64,000 nucleotides of DNA from an uncultured delta proteobacterium (lineage in GTDB: Bacteria > Myxococcota > Myxococcia > Myxococcales > Myxococcaceae). The stretch lies in the NCBI GenBank assembly GCA_963796055.1, contig CAWCKH010000005.1, positions 32,001 to 96,000 of the forward strand. The letters are read 5' to 3'. The notes beneath the pieces are model-generated. The model was not told the DNA's origin. It saw nothing but the letters and a program-made list of their open reading frames with translations, and ran no database searches. Both the position numbers and the translations under genes were made by a program. Positions 56,047 to 64,000 of the stretch are shown here, one piece after another. Every line of letters starts with the position of its first letter. The first letter of the stretch is position 1.

Positions 56047-56526
56047 ATGAGCCTGAATTCGAGAGCGTTGTTGCTGGTGCTTTGTTTACTGGGGGCAACG
56101 GAAGTCGTCGGTCAGGAAGCCGTCACCGCACTTGACCGTACTCTTTCGAAGACCCATATGCGACAGGACACCACTTCCGTCGCGATCGCCGACGCGCCAG
56201 TGCAAGCATTCGCTCCGACGACGATTCAGTGTGGAAAGCAGAGTTGCACGGTGAGGGTTGAGGTCTCCAGCCAGTTTTTCAACGTCACTTCCGGGAACGC
56301 CGTTAGACTGCATGTCAAAGCGGATGGCGCCCCATTCCCAGTCACAGGATTTGAAATCGATGGCGGAATCAACAGACCGGTGGCGCATCTCACCACGGTG
56401 TCATCACTGAAGAGCGATCTCAGTCCAGGACCACACACCATTTCGGTGGACTTTGATATGCGAACGCCGGGTGGCAAAGCGGAGGCGTCCATTCGTATAT
56501 TGACCATTCAAGTGTTTACACCTTGA
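56047..56526 (+). CDS. Secreted hypothetical beta-sandwich protein (island cargo)
   Basis: GGGAGG SD, signal peptide, Cys pair and visibly AT-richer codons. Confidence 0.75.
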   Translation: MSLNSRALLLVLCLLGATEVVGQEAVTALDRTLSKTHMRQDTTSVAIADAPVQAFAPTTIQCGKQSCTVRVEVSSQFFNVTSGNAVRLHVKADGAPFPVTGFEIDGGINRPVAHLTTVSSLKSDLSPGPHTISVDFDMRTPGGKAEASIRILTIQVFTP

Positions 56527-56543
56527 ACAATCCAGAAATCGCA

Positions 56544-56754
56544 GTGCTGCCACCTCGCGCACGGTCAGCAGCGCGGGGGACATTAGGGGGCCACGGCGAG
56601 CGTTCCTAGCCCGTCCAGCGGGTCCATCCGGTCGATGGTCCGTGCCGCCGTTCTGAAGAATAGCAACAGGTTGGACGCTGTGAGCAGGCTCTGGATGATA
56701 ATTAGAATCAACTGTCACGCCGGAGGTCACGGGTTCAAGTCCCGTACTCCTCGC
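56544..56754 (-). pseudogene. 3' tail of an Mx8-type integrase (att-spanning), truncated in its HTH
   Basis: Frame reads ARSTGLEPVTSGVT through the att copy and continues open to LLTVREVAA. Confidence 0.55.
56712..56754 (+). repeat. att site: 43-bp copy of the tRNA-Asp 3' part
   Basis: CTGTCACGCCGGAGGTCACGGGTTCAAGTCCCGTACTCCTCGC, identical to 53637-53679. Confidence 0.95.
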
Positions 56755-56758
56755 AACG

Positions 56759-57055
56759 TCACTCAGCGGGAATCTCGGGAGATGCGCCGCCAGTCGCTGC
56801 AGGTGCTGACCGGCGCGCTGGCCACTCCCGGTACGCGTTGGGGTCCTCGGTGAGCACGCCGGTCTGGTCGTCACCGTAGAAGAAACGCTCGACCACCTTC
56901 CCGTCCTGCCACTCCGTCCGCACGCAGGCGAGCCAATAACTAGGGTCCGTCGATCCGTACTCATCCAGGACCACCTCCAGCGACTGCCTGGCGGCGTCGA
57001 GCGCGGTTGCCCAGCCGGAGACGGTGCAGGTCCAGTTGGCAGGGTGCTCGGACAC
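56759..57055 (-). CDS. Hypothetical protein or gene fragment
   Basis: 98-aa ORF with protein-like composition, ending 4 bp from the att copy. Confidence 0.4.
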   Translation of the reverse strand: MSEHPANWTCTVSGWATALDAARQSLEVVLDEYGSTDPSYWLACVRTEWQDGKVVERFFYGDDQTGVLTEDPNAYREWPARRSAPAATGGASPEIPAE

Positions 57056-57244
57056 GACGTCCTGGACCGTACACGTCGCGCCTGACGCCTGACCGTCTAA
57101 CCCGGCGGGCCCACGGGACTGCTGGGGAGCGTCGGCGTTACCGTCCAGTCGCCTGTCCGGCTCCTCTTCGTGACCCGCTCAGGCGTAGGTTCCGGCCGGG
57201 GCGACGGGCAGCGCTGCCGGTGGGTTCAGGAAGGGAGGACGCCG

Positions 57245-57932
57245 ATGGCGAGCCAGGAGTTCCAGGTCTCCGTACCGGCGGGAGATGCCGTTCTGGAGGG
57301 AACGCTGGGCATCCCGGAGCGACCACGCGGGGTCGTGCTGTTCGCTCATGCCAGCGGCAGCAATCGCCACAGTCCGCGCAACCGCTACGTGGCGGGCTAC
57401 CTGCAGAGCCACGGACTCGCCACCCTGCTCCTGGACCTGCTGACCACCGAGGAGGAAGAAACGGAGAGGTGGATCCGCCACCGTCGGTTCGCCGAGGACG
57501 AGACCGAACTGTCGCGACGTCACCTCGATCTCGAGGTGCGGACGTTCGCCGATCGTCTCATCGCCGCGACCGGATGGTTGGCGCAGAATGAGCAGACGCT
57601 GGGCATCTCCTATTTCGGCGCGAGTACCGGCGCCGCCGCGGTGCTCCTGGCGGCGGCTCGGACCCCGTATCCGGTGGAGGCGGTCGTTTCGCGGGGTGGG
57701 GGTCCGGAGCTCGCCGCGGATCATCTCCGCCAGGTCCGCGCGCCGACACTTCTCATCGTCGGGGGCGACGACCAACCCGTCATCGAGAGGAACCGCGAGG
57801 CGCTGGGGGACCTGGGCTCGAGCCACCCACCTCTTCGAGGAACCCGGCGCGCTGGACGCCGTGGCTCACCTCGCCACCGCCTGGTACGGGCAGCATCTGG
57901 TCGCACCCGGCCCCCGCACCCACGACGCCTAG
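57245..57932 (+). pseudogene. Dienelactone hydrolase-like alpha/beta hydrolase, frameshifted near 57820
   Basis: SPRN, YFGASTG and VSRGG in one frame; ATHLFEEPG with the catalytic His in another. Confidence 0.8.
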
Positions 57933-59116
57933 TGAAGGGTCCTGGCAGCGCCGGTCCCCTGAGCCGGGGCGCCTGACTGACCCGGCTTCTCCAGGCGGCA
58001 GACGAATCCCCACCCACCGCCAAGCTCGCTCAGCGCGAGCACCAGCTCGTTCTTCCCCTTCTGCAGGGGCAGGTACACCGCGTCGTTCTCCGGACTGACG
58101 ATGCCCAGGAACCGCGGGTCGCGGAAGGCCTGGGCGCTACGCCCCCGGTAGAGGATCCTCCCGTTGAGGAACACGCTGACGTCGTCGCTGTAGCCGAGGG
58201 CCAGCTTCTTCACCTCCTCGCGGTCGGAGGTGATGGTGGTCCGGGCGTAGACGACCTTCATCCCCGGCTGGGGCTGCAGCCGGGTCGAGAAGTCGGCCTG
58301 GAAGCTGACCCTGGGGTGGGGAGCGGAGTGGTAACGGTAGATGGCCACCAGTCCGGGCGGCTCGGCTTTCACGGCCTTCCACTGGATCGTGGCCAGCTCC
58401 GACGCGGAGAGCGGGCGCTCCAGGTCGCGTTCCAGGGCGTCATAGGTGGGCGACAAGCTCCACTTCGTCAGGGTGCCGGGAGGTGTCGGCGGCAGGTGTC
58501 GCTCCCACGGCACGTCGGGCGTCGGCCGGAACTCGAAGTTGGAGAAGTACGTCTCGCCGATGAGCACCGCCAGCGCCACCTGGCCCCTCTGCAGACCTGA
58601 CTTCAGATCGCCCATGACCAGCGCTGGCTTCTCCATGTCCTTCACGAACAGCTTGGCCCGCGCTCCCGCCACCTCCAGGCGCAGGTGGAACCAGACGTCC
58701 CTGGGGATGTCGACCGCGCCGGTGAAGCCCGGCCCGTTGTAGAGCTGCCAGTTGAGGCCGGTGTTGAGCACCGGCGTGTACTGCATGGCGTCGGCCTGCC
58801 CGGACTGATGCTGGCGGAGGTAGACCCACTCGGCGTTGGCGCCGTCGGATGCAATCCGGAACTGGATGCCGAAGAACCCGCGAGCGGCCGGCGTCGAGAC
58901 GTCGACGTCGATGACCCCGTCACGCATCTCGAGCCCCTTCACCGTCGCCGCGCCCCCGTCCAAAAGGATGGCCTTGCGACCCTGATGCTCGGTCACCTTG
59001 GCCTGTCCCTCGAGCTCCCAGCGTGGCGAGTCGGGTGGAACAAGGACCGCCTCGGGCGCGGCCGTCACCCGCGAGCAGACGAGACAGACACCGAGGACGA
59101 CGACGGGACGGAGCAT
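57929..59116 (-). CDS. Secreted hypothetical protein (jelly-roll/DUF1080-like N-domain)
   Basis: Signal peptide, beta-rich sequence and GYSDD...LNG C-domain. GGAGG SD. Confidence 0.75.
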   Translation of the reverse strand: MLRPVVVLGVCLVCSRVTAAPEAVLVPPDSPRWELEGQAKVTEHQGRKAILLDGGAATVKGLEMRDGVIDVDVSTPAARGFFGIQFRIASDGANAEWVYLRQHQSGQADAMQYTPVLNTGLNWQLYNGPGFTGAVDIPRDVWFHLRLEVAGARAKLFVKDMEKPALVMGDLKSGLQRGQVALAVLIGETYFSNFEFRPTPDVPWERHLPPTPPGTLTKWSLSPTYDALERDLERPLSASELATIQWKAVKAEPPGLVAIYRYHSAPHPRVSFQADFSTRLQPQPGMKVVYARTTITSDREEVKKLALGYSDDVSVFLNGRILYRGRSAQAFRDPRFLGIVSPENDAVYLPLQKGKNELVLALSELGGGWGFVCRLEKPGQSGAPAQGTGAARTLH

Positions 59117-59227
59117 GGCAGGCCCTCCAGCCGGTGCCGCTACCTCCGCGTCTTCCGTCCGATTGCGCGCGTGCAGGCAACCGCGCGGATGCTGCAGCCA
59201 GCCCGCGGTTCGCACCGAGGCGGGCCC

Positions 59228-59364
59228 TTGACGGCCGGGATGTTCGCCGAGGTGCGGACCATGGAGGAGATCGTTGGGCGCTTCGCGGCCTGGCGATCCT
59301 CCTACCCTGCCGTCGGGTGGCACAGATCGAGGCGCACGCGGCGCTCCGGGTCGAGGGCGAGTAA
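59228..59364 (+). pseudogene. Remnant of a MacB/FtsX-like ABC permease
   Basis: EVRTMEEIV in one frame abuts LAILLPCRRVAQIEAHAALRVE* in another. Confidence 0.45.
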
Positions 59365-59397
59365 TGCCATCCGACGCGCGAACCAGGGTGACGACGG

Positions 59398-60345
59398 TCA
59401 ACGACTGCCCTGCAGCGCTCGAGCGCTCACCGCTGCATCGCGCGCCGCCGAGGAACCTGGCTCGCCCGCATCGAGCGGCTCGCGCCAGGCGATGTCCAGA
59501 CCCTTGCGCCGGCTCACGAGCCAGAGCGCGGCGGTCGCAAGCCCGATGATCGCGATCGCCAGCCCGCCGCCTTCGATGCTCGGCGCCTGCCCCGTCCAGG
59601 CGACCGGTCCGCGCTGGACCACGCTCACCAGCTGGTGAGCCTTCCCCGCGCCGAGGTCCACGATGCCGAGCGTGTCCTGCATCCAGTCCCACGCCGCGTG
59701 CCAGCCGATGGCCCAGCCGAGCGATCCCGTGACGAAGCGGGCCAGGATCAGCATCAGGGTCGCGATTGCTGCCGAGACGACGAACCCGACGTCCACGCGC
59801 TGCGCCGGATTCGCCAGATGGAGCAGGCCGAAGACGACCCCAGTGCCGAGCGTCGCGGCCCACAGCGGGAGCCGCTCCCCCAGGTCTTGCAGGAAGACGC
59901 CGCGCAGGAGGAGCTCCTCCATCACCCCGATGCCCATCGCGGCAAGGAGCGCACCGACCACGGCCGAGAGCTTCCATGGCTCGCCGACCCAGGTCGGCTC
60001 GACCCAGCCGAGTTGCCACTCCACGCAGAACAGCGCACCCAGCATCAGCACGCCGACGGCGAATCCCAGGACCAGCGCGCGTGCCAACCGCCGGGACCAG
60101 GTGAGCCCCACCCATGACCAGGGCCGGTGATCCATCCGACTCCTGAGCATCCGGGTTCCAAGGATGAACGCGCCCCCACCGACGAGGGTGACCACAAGTC
60201 CCAGAACCCATCTGGGGACGATCGCCCGGAGCGCATGACCGAGGATGCTGGCGGCCGCGCCGCAGACGGCGTACAGGAACAGGTACGAGACGAGCCTCCA
60301 TCCGAGCCGGAGGCGCCCTTCACCGTCGATCAGCCAGCGACGCAT
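59398..60345 (-). CDS. CPBP (CAAX/Abi) intramembrane metalloprotease
   Basis: EELLLRG, FGLLH and HAAWD motifs. Confidence 0.92.
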   Translation of the reverse strand: MRRWLIDGEGRLRLGWRLVSYLFLYAVCGAAASILGHALRAIVPRWVLGLVVTLVGGGAFILGTRMLRSRMDHRPWSWVGLTWSRRLARALVLGFAVGVLMLGALFCVEWQLGWVEPTWVGEPWKLSAVVGALLAAMGIGVMEELLLRGVFLQDLGERLPLWAATLGTGVVFGLLHLANPAQRVDVGFVVSAAIATLMLILARFVTGSLGWAIGWHAAWDWMQDTLGIVDLGAGKAHQLVSVVQRGPVAWTGQAPSIEGGGLAIAIIGLATAALWLVSRRKGLDIAWREPLDAGEPGSSAARDAAVSARALQGSR

Positions 60346-60535
60346 CCAGAGCCTCAGGGAGGAGATGGTGCGCCTGCGTACGCACCTTCGCCGCTCCCAT
60401 TTCCCGGTCCCGCATCGGTTCGTGCCGAGTTGCAGCGGGCGGTCGGCGCCGTGCCGCGGGCGTCTGCCCCCGCAAATCTTGCGTCAGCGCGCGCGTGCTC
60501 GCAGCGAGCCTCGCGCGGTGCGACGATGACCGGCC

Positions 60536-62491
60536 ATGACGGATCCCCTCGCTCCGTTCTTCCTCGGCGCCTACGGGGAGAACAACGACTTCTTCGAGAA
60601 GACGCTCCTCGAGCTGGTGCGGGACCACGTCTTCTGGCGGCGCAACTTCCATCCCGAGGACGAGCCGCCCATCGGCACCCACGACCAGTACACCCGCGCA
60701 TACCTCGACGGGCTGGCCCGGACGCGGCACGAGCTCCACCAGCTCACCGCCGCGCTGAAGCGCTCGGTGCCCTTCTTCCACCCACGGTACCTCGGGCACA
60801 TGGTCTCCGACCTCCTGATGCCCGGGCTCATCGCCCAGCTGGTCACCACCCTCTACAACCCGAACAACATCGTCGAGGACGTCGCCCCCATCACCGTCCA
60901 GCTGGAGCTCGAGGTGGGCCGGCAGCTGGCGCGGATGCTCGGGTTCGGCGTCGACCCGGCCCACGAGCCCTGCGCGCTGGGGCACCTCACCTCCGGCGGC
61001 ACCGTGGCCAACGACGAGGCGCTCTGGCTGGCGCGCTCGGCGCGGCTCTACCCGCTCGCCCTCCGGGACGCCTCACAGGCCTCCGGCATCTCGGTGCCGG
61101 ACGTCCCGGTGCGCGCTTCCAGCACCGACCTCGAGCTCCTCGCGCTCGGGGCCGGCGAGGTGCTCGCGCTCGCCCGCCGGGTATCCGCCTTCTGCTCCCG
61201 CGAGCCGCCCGGCCCCGAGCTCTTCGCTGCGCTCACCGCTGCCCGGGTGGAGGAGACCGGCCTTGCTGCCTTCGCCGCCCGACATCCGGCCCTGGAGCGG
61301 ATGGTGGTGGTGGTGCCCGCCACCGCGCATTACTCCTGGCACAAGGCGATGAGCCTCCTCGGGCTCGGCGGGGGAAACCTGGTCGAGGTGCCGGTGAACC
61401 AGGCCCGGCTCGACGGTGCCGAGCTCGCCCCGGCGCTGGAGGCGCTCCGGAAGGACGGGCGGCCGGTGCTGGCGGTGGTCGGGGTGTACGGCACCACCGA
61501 GTTCGGCACGCTCGACTCGATCCACGAGCTGATCGAGGTCCGGCGCCGCTTCCCCGGCTTCTGGCTGCACGTCGACGCGGCCTGGGGCGGATACCTTCCC
61601 ACGCTCTTCCGCGACCGGAAGGGACAGCTTCTCCCCCGCGAAGCGGTGCGCGAGGGCTTCCACTACTTTCCGTCCGAGCGCGTCCACCGCGCCACCGCGG
61701 CGCTGGCCGAGGCCGACTCGGTGACCGTGGACCCGCACAAGCTCGGCTTCGTGCCCTTTGGCGCCGGAGCCCTGGTGGTGCGCGACCGGCGCGTCCTGGA
61801 TCTGGTGCAGCAGGAGGCGCCGTACGTCTTCACCTCGCCCCCGGACGAGGACGAGCGCCGCTACCGGAAGCTCGGCCGGTACATCCTCGAGGGAAGCAAG
61901 CCCGGCGCGGCCGCCGCGGCCTGCTACGTGAACCACCGCGTGCTGCCGCTGGACCGCGACCACTTCGGGCGGCTCCTCGCCCGCTCGGTGCAGACCTGTG
62001 AGCGGCTGGTGGACCGCGTTCCAGGTCTCCAGCAGGAGCTGGCAGCCTGGGTCCGTCTGACGATTCCCTTCGAGCCCGATTGCAACCTGGTCTGTCTCGC
62101 CTTCAACCCCAAGGGGAACCGCTCGCTGAAGGCGGCGAACGCGTTCGGTCGCCGCCTCTTCGAGACCATCGACGTGCGCCCGGATCGACCCGTGCAGCTC
62201 AAGGAATTCTTCGGCTCGTCCACCACCGTGCCGCTGGACCACTTCGGTACCGACGAGCTCCAGCGCGTCGCCGCCGAGCTGCAGTTGGAGCTCGCCCGGC
62301 CCGACGACAGCGGACTGTTCCTGCTCCGGCACACGCTGATGAACCCGTGGCTGCAGACCTCTCCCGGGCCCGACGAGCCGAGTTACGTGGAGGCCTACTG
62401 CCACTTCCTCTCCCGGCAGATCCGGGCCCTGCTGGACGCGAATCCGATCGCCCAGACCCTCCCGGCGAAAGTGCGCTCCGACGGGCTGTGA
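60536..62491 (+). CDS. Group II PLP-dependent decarboxylase (tyrosine decarboxylase-like)
   Basis: SGGTVAN, HYSW, GTTE, HVDAAWGG and TVDPHK motifs. Confidence 0.9.
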   Translation: MTDPLAPFFLGAYGENNDFFEKTLLELVRDHVFWRRNFHPEDEPPIGTHDQYTRAYLDGLARTRHELHQLTAALKRSVPFFHPRYLGHMVSDLLMPGLIAQLVTTLYNPNNIVEDVAPITVQLELEVGRQLARMLGFGVDPAHEPCALGHLTSGGTVANDEALWLARSARLYPLALRDASQASGISVPDVPVRASSTDLELLALGAGEVLALARRVSAFCSREPPGPELFAALTAARVEETGLAAFAARHPALERMVVVVPATAHYSWHKAMSLLGLGGGNLVEVPVNQARLDGAELAPALEALRKDGRPVLAVVGVYGTTEFGTLDSIHELIEVRRRFPGFWLHVDAAWGGYLPTLFRDRKGQLLPREAVREGFHYFPSERVHRATAALAEADSVTVDPHKLGFVPFGAGALVVRDRRVLDLVQQEAPYVFTSPPDEDERRYRKLGRYILEGSKPGAAAAACYVNHRVLPLDRDHFGRLLARSVQTCERLVDRVPGLQQELAAWVRLTIPFEPDCNLVCLAFNPKGNRSLKAANAFGRRLFETIDVRPDRPVQLKEFFGSSTTVPLDHFGTDELQRVAAELQLELARPDDSGLFLLRHTLMNPWLQTSPGPDEPSYVEAYCHFLSRQIRALLDANPIAQTLPAKVRSDGL

Positions 62492-62506
62492 GCGGCAGCG
62501 CCGGGA

Positions 62507-64000
62507 TCAGTGCCGCACCGATTCCTGGGAAGGCCGCCATCGGGCGGCCTGGGCCCGGCTCTCGACGCCGAGCTTCTCGAGGATCGCCGAGACGTGGTGG
62601 TCCACCGTCTTGGCGGAGATGAACAAGCGCCGGCCGATCTCGGCGTTCCGGAGGCCCTCGTGGAGCAAGGCCAGCACTTCGGCCTCCCGCGCGGTGAGCC
62701 CGGCCGGATGGGCGCGGGTCTCCGCCCGCCGGCCACGGGGGACCTTCCTCACACCGCGGGCACGGAGCCGCGCCGCGACCCGCGCGGCTGCCGCGCGCAT
62801 CCCCAGCTGCTCGAGCGACTCGAATGCCGCGCGGAGGCCCGGCTCGTCCGCGGCGTCCGCCAGCGCGAGCGCCGCCTCGAACGGGCAGCCCAGACGCGTC
62901 CATGCCCGCCGGGCTACGGCGTGTCGGCCTTGCAGGCTGGCGCCGAAGGGCGGCGCCACCCAGCGTGGCGACTTCACCGCCTTCCCGCTGCGCGCGAGCG
63001 CAACCAGCAGCTCGCCGCCAATCCATCCGTCGCGCACCTCGACCGCGCGCGGGAGCGCCCGCCCCACCTCGGCACGGGCGCGCGCGTCGTCGCCCTCCAG
63101 CCACGCCGCCTCCGCGCGGGCGATGGCCACCGGCCCCAGCCGCTGCAGTTCCCCGATGCGGCTCGCCAGCTCGAGGGCCTCGTCCAGCACCGGCCAAACC
63201 TCCGTCGCCCCTCGCCGGGCGCGCACCCGTCCCAGGACGCAGAGCGGGATGACCCGCGCGAGGATGGGGAGCCCGGGGCGCCGGAGCACTTCCTCCGCCC
63301 GGGCCATCGCTGCATCGAGGCGGCCGGCGTGCAGCTCGGCCATTGCGCTCCAGCCCAGGAGGTAAAAGCGGTACCCGTCGAGGTCGCACTCCTCGGTGAA
63401 GGCCAGCCCGTCGCGGAGGACGCACGCGGCGCGCGAGAGCTCCCGCCGGGTCACCATGTGGGTGACGAGGTTCGCCCAGGCGCGTGCCGCGTCGTCGTCG
63501 AGACCAGCGGCCAGCGCCGCCTCCAGGCTCTCGCCCAGCAGCCGCCAGCCGTCGGGCTGGGAGACGTTGAGCTTGCACGAGCCGAGGTTGCACAGCGCGT
63601 GGATGACGATGGGGCGATCGCCGAGACGCCGCGCCAGGGCGAGTGCCTTGCGCGCCAGCTTCGCGCCCTCCACGCTCTCGGCAGCCACCATCCGGAGCTG
63701 GGCAGAATTGCTGTACGCGGCTGCCAGCTCCCGGCTGGCCGGCAGTTCCTGGAGGACGGCCACCGCCCGCGCCGCCCACCGCTCCGCCTCGGCGTTGTTT
63801 CCCGCGAACCAGTGGAAGCGCGACAGCCAGCGGAGGTCGTCGCCGCGTCGCAGCTGCTCTCCCATCGACTCGCGCAGGCGCACCGCCTGCTGGCACGCCT
63901 CGATGGCCTCGTCGAGCCTCCCCGTCAGGTAACACTCCACGGCATAGGCTTCGAGCAGCTCCGCCCTCTGCGCCCGGTCGGACCCGGCGAAGGCGAGGGC
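62507..64000 (-). CDS. Large LuxR-family regulator (TPR-like region plus HTH), 5' partial
   Basis: C-terminal [10 protein letters not shown]...[18 protein letters not shown]; frame open to the window edge. Confidence 0.9.
   Translation of the reverse strand, partial: ALAFAGSDRAQRAELLEAYAVECYLTGRLDEAIEACQQAVRLRESMGEQLRRGDDLRWLSRFHWFAGNNAEAERWAARAVAVLQELPASRELAAAYSNSAQLRMVAAESVEGAKLARKALALARRLGDRPIVIHALCNLGSCKLNVSQPDGWRLLGESLEAALAAGLDDDAARAWANLVTHMVTRRELSRAACVLRDGLAFTEECDLDGYRFYLLGWSAMAELHAGRLDAAMARAEEVLRRPGLPILARVIPLCVLGRVRARRGATEVWPVLDEALELASRIGELQRLGPVAIARAEAAWLEGDDARARAEVGRALPRAVEVRDGWIGGELLVALARSGKAVKSPRWVAPPFGASLQGRHAVARRAWTRLGCPFEAALALADAADEPGLRAAFESLEQLGMRAAAARVAARLRARGVRKVPRGRRAETRAHPAGLTAREAEVLALLHEGLRNAEIGRRLFISAKTVDHHVSAILEKLGVESRAQAARWRPSQESVRH

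Larger units (their letters stand above)
53637..56754. mobile_element. tRNA-Asp-integrated mini-island without an integrase
   Basis: Exact 43-bp direct repeat at 53637-53679 and 56712-56754, matching the 3' part of tRNA-Asp. Confidence 0.9.

Noticed and set aside
56712..56754. Second tRNA-Asp gene
   Set aside because: The 5' acceptor strand and D-arm are missing; this is an att duplication.
59398..60345. Abi/CAAX protease as abortive infection or bacteriocin immunity
   Set aside because: The family name does not imply that role, and no precursor peptide or cluster is visible.

Overview
High-GC bacterial chromosome segment. Gene content and order suggest a myxobacterium (inference only). The backbone is housekeeping: frr, pyrH, tsf, rpsB, secA, an M23 peptidase, a PP2C phosphatase, recN, a SWIM-SNF2 helicase, nadK, rarA, a hybrid kinase plus sigma-54 activator, fadIJ, hemE and tRNA-Val/tRNA-Asp. 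Six polytopic GT-C-like membrane proteins, two polyprenol-phosphate-type GT2 enzymes and nucleotide-sugar enzymes are interleaved with this backbone; one GT-C-like gene sits antisense inside rpsB-tsf-pyrH-frr. There are four GGDEF-family genes, two with intact and two with degenerate active sites. The most distinctive element is a ~3.1 kb integrase-less island in tRNA-Asp, bounded by an exact 43-bp direct repeat. It holds inward-facing excisionase-like HTH frames, what looks like the tail of an Mx8-type split integrase, an ISCR/IS91-like transposase and an AT-rich secreted cargo gene. Other oddities are two tandem homologous long hairpins, two probable CTG start codons, a divergent gene pair sharing one CATG, and several accessory genes broken by short internal deletions. 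All family calls come from reading motifs by eye; no database searches were run.
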